Shown in pieces: positions 13,701-22,946 of a stretch of 64,000 nt of DNA. A program made the translations under genes and the position numbers. The stretch spans positions 434,001-498,000 of the forward strand of contig OW569350.1 in assembly GCA_937625935.1 (NCBI GenBank). The letters are read 5' to 3'. Below the pieces are notes generated by a model. It had not been told where the DNA came from, did not search any database, and saw only the letters and a program-made list of their open reading frames with translations. Each line of letters starts with the position of its first letter. Position 1 is the first letter of the stretch. This DNA is from Tetramitus jugosus. Lineage: Eukaryota; Protista; Heterolobosea.

Positions 13701-14505
13701 GACTTTCATTGGCTTCTTCGGACAAGCTCAATCTTGGGACATTCATGACAAGAAAAGTTTTGGAATAGAGGACATTGATACGGTACGACCTCGCATCGAT
13801 AGGCTTTCCGAAGAAGAGTCGGGAGAAAGAGAAAATGAGAGCAGGGAAAGCAGTGTTGATGTTAGGATGAGGTCAATCGAACCATCATTCCCATCTCTCA
13901 TTAATCGAGATAATGACTCCTCATCCAATCAGATGAGATTCCAATCACCCTCTTCTGGTGTCGAAACTCCTTCTCAATCGACTGAGAAGTCTCTCGGAAT
14001 TAAAAACACACCAAACAAGTTCCCTTCCATAAAGAAGGAGATATTCTCTCAAGAGTCACGGTTGGCTAAAGTCTATGACACTGAATCGGAACTGATTAAA
14101 CATATTGGAGAATCATTGGTCTCGAACCAGTCAGATATCGATCGGATACTAGGAAGAGGGGACGAAGAATTCAATGAAAGTAAAACTAATACTCTGGTTA
14201 GAATTCGGAAGAATGTGCAAGACAAAAGTTCAGTCCATCTGAAGAGGACACAGCACTTTCAAAGAAATGTCCTTCAGAAGAAAATATCTGAAAAAGATTG
14301 GATTATGAGACTTCATCACTTAATCGAGTTACCCGAGGATCTGAATATTCACAAACATTTTCGAAATGTGGATGGCTTTGATATTGATCGAATAATAGCC
14401 GAAGACAGGGCGAACCAGTCGAATGACAATGAAACAAAAGGGAAACAAAAGAAACTAAGGTCCAAGTCAGTCAACACTTGTTCCTCATCAAGGCTCCCAC
14501 TCTGA
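10769..14505 (+). CDS. EF-hand plus WD40 repeat protein (WDR49/WDR64/CFAP337-like); introns near 10987-11053, 11128-11195 and 11799-11863
   Basis: EF hands DTDGGGDLSESEF and FRKIDSNANGAVTFDEF followed by many WD40 repeats (LRGHNSPILRVAF..KTIKIWDIR). Confidence 0.8.
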
Positions 14506-14564
14506 CACGAAGGACTCACATTCTTCCAGCGGAGTTTCGATACCTTTTGCTGTATTCATGTGTT

Positions 14565-14612
14565 GCGCGCCAAAAATGTGTCTTCCGTTACACCAAACAC
14601 TTCAGCGCCAAA
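14565..14612 (+). promoter_or_regulatory. Two E2F-like sites (GCGCCAAA at 14567-14574 and 14605-14612)
   Basis: Reverse complement of TTTGGCGC, twice within 85 nt upstream of the MCM4 ATG. Confidence 0.55.
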
Positions 14613-14648
14613 AACAAACAAAAAATTCAGTGAATAGCTTTCCACAAA

Positions 14649-16991
14649 ATGTCATCCTCACAGAGTGTCGCTGTTGGAACAAGACCAACTGCACGCAACA
14701 ACAATCCCCTATCTGAGATTGGAACAACAACAGACACAAATGAGGGTGGTGCTGCTCCAGCAGCCACAGTAGCACCAATTCAAACAGGTATCACTGTTCA
14801 ACTGCCCAATGTGCCCACTGGAGCAACTGCAGGTGACACATTTATTGTTGGTGGATTCAATTTGATGAGTACGAGACAAATGATTCAAAGAGTGAGACGA
14901 TTCATGAAGGATTTTGTGATAGAAGTCCCACAACTCGAAGTCGAAACAGGAGAGCAAGTTATGGTACAGAAGAAGAAGTATATTTCAATGTTGGCCGATT
15001 TGGTCAATTCTGATGATAGGTGTCTGGAGATGGACTGTAAGGACATGGAGAGCTTTGATCCTGAATTGTATCGAACATTGATTCAGTGTCCTCAGGAAGT
15101 CATTTCGATTGTTGATGGTATTATTACAGAAATGTTTGTTGAATTGAGGAAAACTTTGGCACCTGGTGTGAAAACACCTGTTCAACTTCAAGTCCAACCG
15201 TTCAATCTTGCGACCACACAGCAAATGAGAGAATTGGATCCGTGTGATATTGATCACTTGATTAGTATTAGGGGTATGGTGACTCGGCTGAGTGAAATTA
15301 TTCCAGATTTGAGAATGGGTCTCTTTGAGTGCACAAACTGCAAGAACACTGTTTCAAGTGGTTTACAGCATGGTCGTATCGAAGAACCCACAGTTTGTCA
15401 CAAATGCTCCGAGCGTCACTGCTTCCAAATGATTCACAATCGATGTACTTTTAAGGATAAGCAAATTATTAGATTACAAGAGAATCCAGAGGCAATTCCC
15501 GAAGGTCATACGCCCCATACTGTCACCTTGTCTGTATTTGATCAATTGGTCGATACTGTTAAACCGGGAGATAGAGTCACTGTAACTGGTATATTTAGAG
15601 CTACACCACAAAGAGTGAGTCCAAATGTTCGGACAGTAAAATCGCTCTATAGGACCTATGTTGATGTCTTGCACTTTGAAAAAGCTGCTGGTATTAGAAT
15701 TTTGACTGATGATGCAGACTTGGATCAAGAGGGTCTGACTCAGCAATCCAACCGTGTTGAAGAATCACAAGATGACCAACTCATGTCCCAAGAAGTTACC
15801 CTCGATCAGAATGTATCAGAGTTTGATGACGATGAGAACTGGCATATTAAGAAGGAGATGAATATATCTGTTGAAGAAGAAAGCAAACTTTTTGAGCTCT
15901 CACGGAGAGTCGATATTTATGATGTGCTGAAGAATGCCGTGGCGCCATCAATCTATGAAATGGATGACGTTAAGAGAGGAATTCTTTGCCAATTATTTGG
16001 AGGTACGAACAAGAAATTCCCGAATGGTAAACTAAGAGGGGAGATTCATATTCTCATGGTTGGTGATCCTGGTGTCTCCAAGTCTCAGTTGCTAAAACAT
16101 GTGCATCATATTGCACCTCGTGGTATCTATACATCCGGAAAGGGCAGTAGTGCTGTTGGTCTTACTGCATATGTTACAAGAGATCCAGACACGGGTGAGT
16201 TTGTGCTCGAATCTGGTGCCCTTGTTCTTAGTGACTATGGTGTGTGCTGTATTGACGAGTTTGATAAAATGAATGATAGTACGAGATCCATTCTTCACGA
16301 AGTCATGGAACAGCAAACTGTCTCCGTAGCTAAAGCCGGTATTATTTGCTCTTTGAACGCTAGAACATCAATTCTTGCAGCAGCTAATCCGAAGGAAAGT
16401 AGATACAATGACTTGATGAGCATTGTTGACAACATTCAATTACCACCGACTCTGCTATCTCGTTTCGATCTAATTTTCTTGGTCAGAGATATACCAGATC
16501 GCACTATGGATGCTCTTCTCTGCCAGCATTTGCTTGAACTCTATCAGACAAATCATTCTCGCTCAGGTTCAGAGAGTCAATTCCGCATCGATACTCACAC
16601 ACTTACTAGATATATAACTTATGCCAAGAATATGGTCCATCCAAAAATTTCTGATGATGCCAAGAAGGCTCTAGTCGATGGTTATGTACAACTTCGAAGA
16701 TTAGGTTCTCATCGAAAGCAAATTACTGCCACAACTCGTCAACTGGAATCACTTATCCGTTTATCTGAAGCTCAAGCCCGAATGAAGCTCTCACCTGTTG
16801 TCACAGCACGTCATGTGGAAGAGGCACTGCGTCTTGTCCGAGTCAGTATCTTCAAAGCAGCTACTGACCCAAAGAGCGGTATGGTTGATATTGATATGTT
16901 GACCACTGGTCGAACACTTGAACAGAGACTGCTCGAAGAACAACAGAGAGAAGAAGATGACAATATCATGGACTACGCGGTCGATGATTAA
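14649..16991 (+). CDS. MCM4: DNA replication licensing factor MCM4
   Basis: Zn finger; QENPEAIPEGHTPHTV; GDPGVSKSQLL; YTSGKGSSAVGLTAYVTRDP; CCIDEFDKM; LLSRFDL; ITATTRQLESLIRLSEA; ATDPKSGMVDIDML. Confidence 0.97.
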   Translation: MSSSQSVAVGTRPTARNNNPLSEIGTTTDTNEGGAAPAATVAPIQTGITVQLPNVPTGATAGDTFIVGGFNLMSTRQMIQRVRRFMKDFVIEVPQLEVETGEQVMVQKKKYISMLADLVNSDDRCLEMDCKDMESFDPELYRTLIQCPQEVISIVDGIITEMFVELRKTLAPGVKTPVQLQVQPFNLATTQQMRELDPCDIDHLISIRGMVTRLSEIIPDLRMGLFECTNCKNTVSSGLQHGRIEEPTVCHKCSERHCFQMIHNRCTFKDKQIIRLQENPEAIPEGHTPHTVTLSVFDQLVDTVKPGDRVTVTGIFRATPQRVSPNVRTVKSLYRTYVDVLHFEKAAGIRILTDDADLDQEGLTQQSNRVEESQDDQLMSQEVTLDQNVSEFDDDENWHIKKEMNISVEEESKLFELSRRVDIYDVLKNAVAPSIYEMDDVKRGILCQLFGGTNKKFPNGKLRGEIHILMVGDPGVSKSQLLKHVHHIAPRGIYTSGKGSSAVGLTAYVTRDPDTGEFVLESGALVLSDYGVCCIDEFDKMNDSTRSILHEVMEQQTVSVAKAGIICSLNARTSILAAANPKESRYNDLMSIVDNIQLPPTLLSRFDLIFLVRDIPDRTMDALLCQHLLELYQTNHSRSGSESQFRIDTHTLTRYITYAKNMVHPKISDDAKKALVDGYVQLRRLGSHRKQITATTRQLESLIRLSEAQARMKLSPVVTARHVEEALRLVRVSIFKAATDPKSGMVDIDMLTTGRTLEQRLLEEQQREEDDNIMDYAVDD

Positions 16992-17021
16992 TAAAACTAT
17001 TCATTGAGCTCATCTTTGAAT

Positions 17022-17363
17022 TTATTCCAAGGGACTCAGAACTGTTCTTTCATTCGCATTTACCATCACGACCCAATTGCATTTCCAACCGGTTTGGATC
17101 TCCTCCACAGATATCATCCCAACATTGCCCGTGAATCCTTCAAATAATTGTCCACTAATCTCCCATTTGAGCTCCCCACTGGCGCTCATCTGATGCTCTA
17201 GAGGTGGTACTTGTGCAATGTGTCTCTTATTCGTCACATCAGCAATCAATGAAAGCTTAAATTTCTTCTCTTGGTCAACATTCTTGAAATGCAAGTTAAT
17301 AGTCAGAGGATCATTCAGTGGTGCTGGATTACTTGGTCCAATTTCAATGTTTGACAGCTCCAT
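17022..17363 (-). CDS. Small ASF1-like histone-chaperone-fold protein
   Basis: MELSNIEIGPSNPAPLNDPLTINLHF resembles the ASF1 N-terminal strands; NVGMISV and a C-terminal RTVLSPLE. Confidence 0.55.
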   Translation of the reverse strand: MELSNIEIGPSNPAPLNDPLTINLHFKNVDQEKKFKLSLIADVTNKRHIAQVPPLEHQMSASGELKWEISGQLFEGFTGNVGMISVEEIQTGWKCNWVVMVNANERTVLSPLE

Positions 17364-17682
17364 TTGTTTGCCTTTTTCGTTTTCTTTTGTTTTTCTGAAG
17401 TCTCGAGTTTGCATTCTTGAACAAGTCAGTTCGAACGAATATCGCGGGTAAGTATTTGCCAGAGTCCCATATCCCAGACTATTCAACCTAGCAGACTTAC
17501 CAGACTTTTGCTGTGTTCCTTTGTCTAATGACCAGTTTTCTCTTCTGAAAGGCCAAAATTCCTGAAAATTCTAAACTTCCCACACAGAGTTCGATCTATT
17601 TTTTGTTCAAAGAAAGCCAAAGAACACATCACCTTCAACAACCAACTTAACACACGACAGCAACGAAAGCAACAGCTCGAAA

Positions 17683-18684
17683 ATGATCAAAACAACAAGT
17701 ACCATACCAGACCAAGAAATTACTTTCAGTCGTAGCACGCAGATCCAAGTCGACGACGATGAAACTCAGATCCAACCTTCTCAACCGCCAACGACTTCAT
17801 ACAACAACTCTTCTATTGACACTTCAAGTCGTACGACAGTAACAACTACGGTGTCAACTCTTGCAGCAACAAGTAACAATTCTAGTTCACCATCCACATT
17901 TGCACCTCATGAGGAAGACAAAAATACAACAACAGCTACAACTACAACAAAAAATAAAAATTTCATTGGAGACAGTGACAGTGATGGAGATGATGTCATG
18001 GATGATGAAATGATACTGGAAGCACTACCTGCCAAACCATCATCCACCAACATTACGACAACAGACATCAATCATCATCGTACACCTTTATCACCATCAG
18101 ACTCTGAACAACAACAACAACGAATAGAAGAAACAACACCAAGTGATGTTGTATCCCACAATGACTCGGACAATGAGGATCATAAGAATGATGAAGAACA
18201 AGATATGCCCACCAGATCGAACAGCAGAAGAAGAAGCAGGAGAAGAACAACGTACTCTACATCATCATCATCCACCACTGTGTCAAATGATAGTGACGAA
18301 AATGATCAAAGATCGTTGAGTGGAAGTGATGAAGATGAGAGTAGTCGAGTGATGATCACACGACAAAGACGAAGAAGAAGCAGTGCACGTCAAGACAAGG
18401 ATGACGAAGAATACACTCCAAGTAAGCAAGTGAGTAGTCGACGGAGGAGAAGAACTAGTGTAGCAAGTGCAGATAATTCATCTTCCAAGAAGAGAACGAC
18501 TCCCTCGTCAAGTAGCAGTAGCAGTAGCAAACGAAAGAAAAAGTCGCCATTCAAGAGTCCTCAGGAGGAAAAGGAATGGAACAAGCATGCACAAGAAGAA
18601 ATTGAGCGCATGAAGAAATTGTTCTCAAGTGTCGATCAGGTGGATTTGGAGTCTCAACCAGACACGAACATACCCACACTGTAA
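17683..18684 (+). CDS. Disordered S/T/R-rich protein with Sororin-like C-terminal motif
   Basis: 333-aa ORF; basic KRKKK followed by EEIERMKKLFSSVDQVDLE. Confidence 0.7.
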   Translation: MIKTTSTIPDQEITFSRSTQIQVDDDETQIQPSQPPTTSYNNSSIDTSSRTTVTTTVSTLAATSNNSSSPSTFAPHEEDKNTTTATTTTKNKNFIGDSDSDGDDVMDDEMILEALPAKPSSTNITTTDINHHRTPLSPSDSEQQQQRIEETTPSDVVSHNDSDNEDHKNDEEQDMPTRSNSRRRSRRRTTYSTSSSSTTVSNDSDENDQRSLSGSDEDESSRVMITRQRRRRSSARQDKDDEEYTPSKQVSSRRRRRTSVASADNSSSKKRTTPSSSSSSSSKRKKKSPFKSPQEEKEWNKHAQEEIERMKKLFSSVDQVDLESQPDTNIPTL

Positions 18685-18825
18685 AAACAAAAGCTTTCTC
18701 GCGTGTTTTGTTGTATTTTTCATTTCTTTTCGCCATTTGTAAATATTTTCCGATTTCGGAGTAAAAAAGTTTGCAATTATCAAAAACATCTTGTTATCAA
18801 ACGCACACACAAAAGTCCAAGAAAA

Positions 18826-19473
18826 ATGTCGGGCTCTATGCTAAGTCTGTTCCGCAGCATGATTCAACAGAAGCTGTTCACCTTTCATGAAATTAAACAA
18901 TATGGCCTCATCTCTTACTTCAAAAAAGTGTATCAAATGAGAGAGGCATGGTGGGACAAGAAGAATAAGCGATGTGTTGGCACTGATCAATACGGAAACA
19001 CATACTGGGAAACTGAGACACCAACTGAACATATTGGTATGTTATCTTTCTCGAGAAGCGCGAATGAATTCATTTGTTGATCAAAAAAGCTAACACAAAA
19101 GTCACAAACAATCCATCCATGACGATGATGATGATTGCAAAAAAAAACATGAATAACAACAACAGGCAGAAACAGATGGGTTGAACTAAAGGGCAAGACA
19201 CAAGCCATCTATGACTCATCTCAAGTGCCTCCAGAGTGGCACATGTGGCTTCACAGAATCAGAGAACAACCTCCATCCGAGGAGGAGCTCTCTGGTGTGG
19301 GTAGAGTTTGGAGGACGAAGGCATGGCGAGCAAATCAGACTGGAACTGTTGGTAGACGTTATTCACCTGGTCATTTCTTGAACCCCGCTCACAAGAATCC
19401 AAACAGTGCATTTGGCACAACTCCACTGGCCGCACAGGAAGCACAACCTAACAATGTTGTGAAGCAAGAGTAG
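18826..19473 (+). CDS. NDUFA12: Complex I subunit NDUFA12; intron 19037-19165
   Basis: VGTDQYGNTYWE; spliced GRNRWVE; SQVPPEWHMWLH; NQTGT..RYSP. Confidence 0.95.
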
Positions 19474-19700
19474 AATATGTGTTGTGCTATAATTGATTGT
19501 GGTGTATATTCTTCTTCTTTTCGAGTTGCTAGTTTCGTAGGGGTACTCAATGATGCTAATTAATCCTTTCCGTAAAAAAAACAGTAATAAAAGCTTTTGT
19601 CTCAATATTGAATTGAATGGTTGGTTGGTTGTTTATTCGTACAAGAAATTTACACGTTGGATGAACGAATGCCTACTCATAGGTGGTCCAGTTATCTTGC

Positions 19701-19889
19701 TTATGCCAGATCCTGGTCATCGAAATCGTCTTCAAACTTGTTGTAGAAGTCAGTGTCGACCATGGAGTCCTTCAACATTTTTTGAACATTTTCCAATTTG
19801 GCATTCTCTCCAATCAAGTCCATCATTTCTTCTGGATCCATACTGGCCATCAATTCATTTTCGAGAAAGGCTGCTTCCATTGAACTCAT
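19701..19889 (-). CDS. COPS9: COP9 signalosome subunit 9 (CSNAP/MYEOV2) microprotein
   Basis: 62-aa acidic ORF ending in VDTDFYNKFEDDFDDQDL, the CSNAP F/D-rich C-terminal motif; ATG preceded by an A-rich leader. Confidence 0.8.
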   Translation of the reverse strand: MSSMEAAFLENELMASMDPEEMMDLIGENAKLENVQKMLKDSMVDTDFYNKFEDDFDDQDLA

Positions 19890-20060
19890 CTTTTTGTGAT
19901 TTGTTTTTGTTGATTTTTTGTTGTTTGATTTGCTGTTTCAGTTTTTTTTGTTTCAAGAACTTGTTTCTTGTTCGCTTTGATGGAGGGAAACTGGTCGTAA
20001 AGTTCATGCAATAGTTTTTTATTTTGGTTGGTGTTGAATACAAACGTGCTTTTCATTTTC

Positions 20061-21068
20061 TTACTTTTTCTTTGACTTTCCCTTGGAAGTTGGTGCAGCT
20101 GGTGCAGATGATGTTGCCACAGCAGCAGACTTTGCAGCAGCATACTTTTCACCGCTTCTTCTTGCTTCTTCTTCCTGATCAGCTGACACGAGATCGAAAC
20201 GATGAGTCGAAACAGCTTGGCTCAAATAACCTCTCACATCCTCTCTCAAATAGTATTGGAAGAGCTTTGGAGGTGGGATGGACATGGAGCTCATGACATC
20301 TTCTCTCTTATAACCCTTCAACAGCATAAAGAGTGATTTCTTGTTGTAGTAGATGCATCGAACGCTGCCTCTTGCTCTCTCAATGGCTTGAATCGCGGAT
20401 TTGGAAGCTCTTGGCACCTCAATATCAATTCTCGTACCAAAAGTCTCCACTCCCTTGGCCAATAGCTTTACACCGGGGAAACGGACATTTTTGATTACTC
20501 CGGCATCCTTGAGTGTCTTCATTGTAATGGTGGCTCCATTGGAAACATCGATACGTCCAGTGTCGATCATGTACTGAATTTTTTCGAGAGAAACAGGTTG
20601 ATATCGCAATGCAAACTTCTTGTTGTTGAATCCATACTTGGGAACACGACGATAGATTGGTGTTTGACCACCTTCAAAGCCATGTGGTATGTTGTGACCA
20701 CTTCGAGAGGTTTGACCCTTGATACCTCTACCAGCTGTTCTGCCGAGACCACTGCCCACACCTCTACCGACACGCTTCTTGTTTTGCTTTGCGTTTGGAA
20801 TGTGCTTGAGTGTGTTGAGTGCAATATCACCTACAGAAATGTTTTCTTGTTTTATAAAGGATTGATACTTGGCAGTGCGAATGTCTTTTAGCTTTTGGTT
20901 GTGTGAGTTGGTGACATAGTGAGCGACGACAGCACATGATGGAAAGATTGGTTGTTGGGAATGTTGGAAAAAGGCTGAAGGAATAGTTGATGATTTGAGT
21001 ATCGCTTTAGCAGTGGTGTTGCATGTCGTTGTTTGCTGCAGACAGAATCTTCTGGTCAAGTTCAACAT
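20061..21068 (-). CDS. MRPL15: Mitochondrial ribosomal protein uL15m
   Basis: KKRVGRGVGSGLGRTAGRGIKGQ..GFEGGQTPIYRRVPKYGF; GVKLLAKG; mitochondrial presequence. Confidence 0.95.
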   Translation of the reverse strand: MLNLTRRFCLQQTTTCNTTAKAILKSSTIPSAFFQHSQQPIFPSCAVVAHYVTNSHNQKLKDIRTAKYQSFIKQENISVGDIALNTLKHIPNAKQNKKRVGRGVGSGLGRTAGRGIKGQTSRSGHNIPHGFEGGQTPIYRRVPKYGFNNKKFALRYQPVSLEKIQYMIDTGRIDVSNGATITMKTLKDAGVIKNVRFPGVKLLAKGVETFGTRIDIEVPRASKSAIQAIERARGSVRCIYYNKKSLFMLLKGYKREDVMSSMSIPPPKLFQYYLREDVRGYLSQAVSTHRFDLVSADQEEEARRSGEKYAAAKSAAVATSSAPAAPTSKGKSKKK

Positions 21069-21310
21069 GATGATGACGAAAATTTTAATCGATGTCGAAG
21101 GTGATGAGTGGGAAAAAAATTCTCGTTTTTGATTTGTGTTGTTGAGACGGTGTTTTTTTGCGTGTGAAGAGATTACAACGAGAAAAGGCAATTTTCTCCG
21201 AGTGGGTTTTCCCTACTAAAAATACAAGGAGTTGCTTGTATTAATTTGACGAGAGGTCGGTTGACTGAGAATGAAGATTGATCAAAATCACTGAAGAAAA
21301 GAGATTAATT

Positions 21311-22768
21311 ATGTCATGTATTGATGTCATTGTGTGCAAAAGGAAGGATGGATCACTGAAGAGTTCACCCTTCTTTGTCCGTTTTTCGAATCGAAATGAA
21401 CTGCCACACTTACAAAGCTTACATATCAAGCTCAATGGTAGCTTAGTGGCCATGAAGAACTACAAACTCGTGTTGAAGAGTGGAGAGAAATTTGCATTCT
21501 TTCAGAAACGGCATCCTTCCCGTGGTCAATCAAAACCCACATCGAGCAATACATCTTTGCCATCACAGACCGAAGACAAACAAGAATCTTTGTTGGACAA
21601 GAAGAATTTTAATAGCAAAGAAGAGAGTCAAGAAAAGGATTCTTCAAATGTTCAACATCACGACGAGCCTGAAACTGTCCCTGTCATCACTTTTACTGAT
21701 CCCGAGTCTGAAGACAATACTATCGTGAGGGATGACATCGAGATGAAGAACGTAAATGAGAGATATGGTAATAAGAACGATTGGAAGGAGAAACGAGATA
21801 CGATAAGACTCTATCATAGTGATAGTGAGAGCACGAACACAAAGTCTACTGCCGTTGTGAGAAAACCTTCTTCGAACAAGAATGACAATCCAGATCAGAA
21901 TCGATCACCACTTGGAAATGCTATGTACAACGTGTATGAGAGAATGAGAGAACGATGGCTTCACACCATTGACTCACTCAGGTTACCAGAAGAGTTTACA
22001 ACACCTCCTGATGAATTGTTGCAAAGGTTAGACCTTAGCAAGGAGGTCAACAATGTTAGTTTTGTTTCAAAGGAAGAAATTTTGCATGGACGAATATTTG
22101 TATGGGACGAAGATTGTAAAATAGTGGTTTCCGACATTGATGGAACGATTACAAAGAGTGATATCGTTGGTCAATTGGCGACAAGATTATTGGGGATGCA
22201 GTACACTCATCCAGGAGTTGCCACTCTCTTTCACAATATTAGTGAAAAAGGATACAAATTCGTGTATGTAACAGTGAGATCAATCAGTCAGTCAAACTTT
22301 ACGAAGGACTATCTGGTGCGTGTAAGAGAGGGTAAAACATCTCTTCCACTTGGTCCAGTAATCTTACCACCTGTTGCAGGGAGCTCAATCGTTCGTTGGA
22401 GAATGCCAACCGAATTCAAAGTTCCTATTCTGTCGAGGATAAAGGAGTTATGGCCTAGGAATCCATTTGTCGCTGGATGGGGCAATAGAGAAACGGATGC
22501 CCTCGCTTACATTTCAGTAGGAATTGATCCTGCGAAGTGTTGGATTATACATGGCAATGGAGAAGTAGTTGCCCATGATGGAGGTTTGAATCTCAAACAC
22601 AAACATCGAAGATTTGCTTCTTACTCATATCTCGCAGAAAATTGGAGACACCTTCAGTTGACAGAGGACGATGTGAAGGAGAAGGAGCACGTGGTAGCTG
22701 ATATTGAAAGTAAGACTGACTTGGAACGATTATCTGATTCGTTTGTGCCTGCTCCTGAAACAGAATAA
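21311..22768 (+). CDS. PAH1: Lipin/Pah1 phosphatidate phosphatase
   Basis: N-LIP (IDVIV..DGSLKSSPFFVRF) and LNS2 HAD motif VVSDIDGTITKSD; AGWGNRETD. Confidence 0.9.
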   Translation: MSCIDVIVCKRKDGSLKSSPFFVRFSNRNELPHLQSLHIKLNGSLVAMKNYKLVLKSGEKFAFFQKRHPSRGQSKPTSSNTSLPSQTEDKQESLLDKKNFNSKEESQEKDSSNVQHHDEPETVPVITFTDPESEDNTIVRDDIEMKNVNERYGNKNDWKEKRDTIRLYHSDSESTNTKSTAVVRKPSSNKNDNPDQNRSPLGNAMYNVYERMRERWLHTIDSLRLPEEFTTPPDELLQRLDLSKEVNNVSFVSKEEILHGRIFVWDEDCKIVVSDIDGTITKSDIVGQLATRLLGMQYTHPGVATLFHNISEKGYKFVYVTVRSISQSNFTKDYLVRVREGKTSLPLGPVILPPVAGSSIVRWRMPTEFKVPILSRIKELWPRNPFVAGWGNRETDALAYISVGIDPAKCWIIHGNGEVVAHDGGLNLKHKHRRFASYSYLAENWRHLQLTEDDVKEKEHVVADIESKTDLERLSDSFVPAPETE

Positions 22769-22946
22769 AGTTTTATTAAAGTTTTATTCATGACTATTGT
22801 TGATTAAGCTCCTGAAAGTCAATTTCCATGGAAATATGCGCAAGCAACGACTAATGTTTGTGAACCAACATAAAACTTTGGTTCTGTACTTGGATTGAGC
22901 ACCCAAGCACTAGTTTTCAGACCAATGAGGAATACCACATTCGCAC

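Noticed and set aside
3789-19473. Operon-like clustering of NDUFA9 with NDUFA12, or CSN1 with CSN9
   Set aside because: Separated by unrelated genes on mixed strands; compatible with chance unless synteny data show otherwise.
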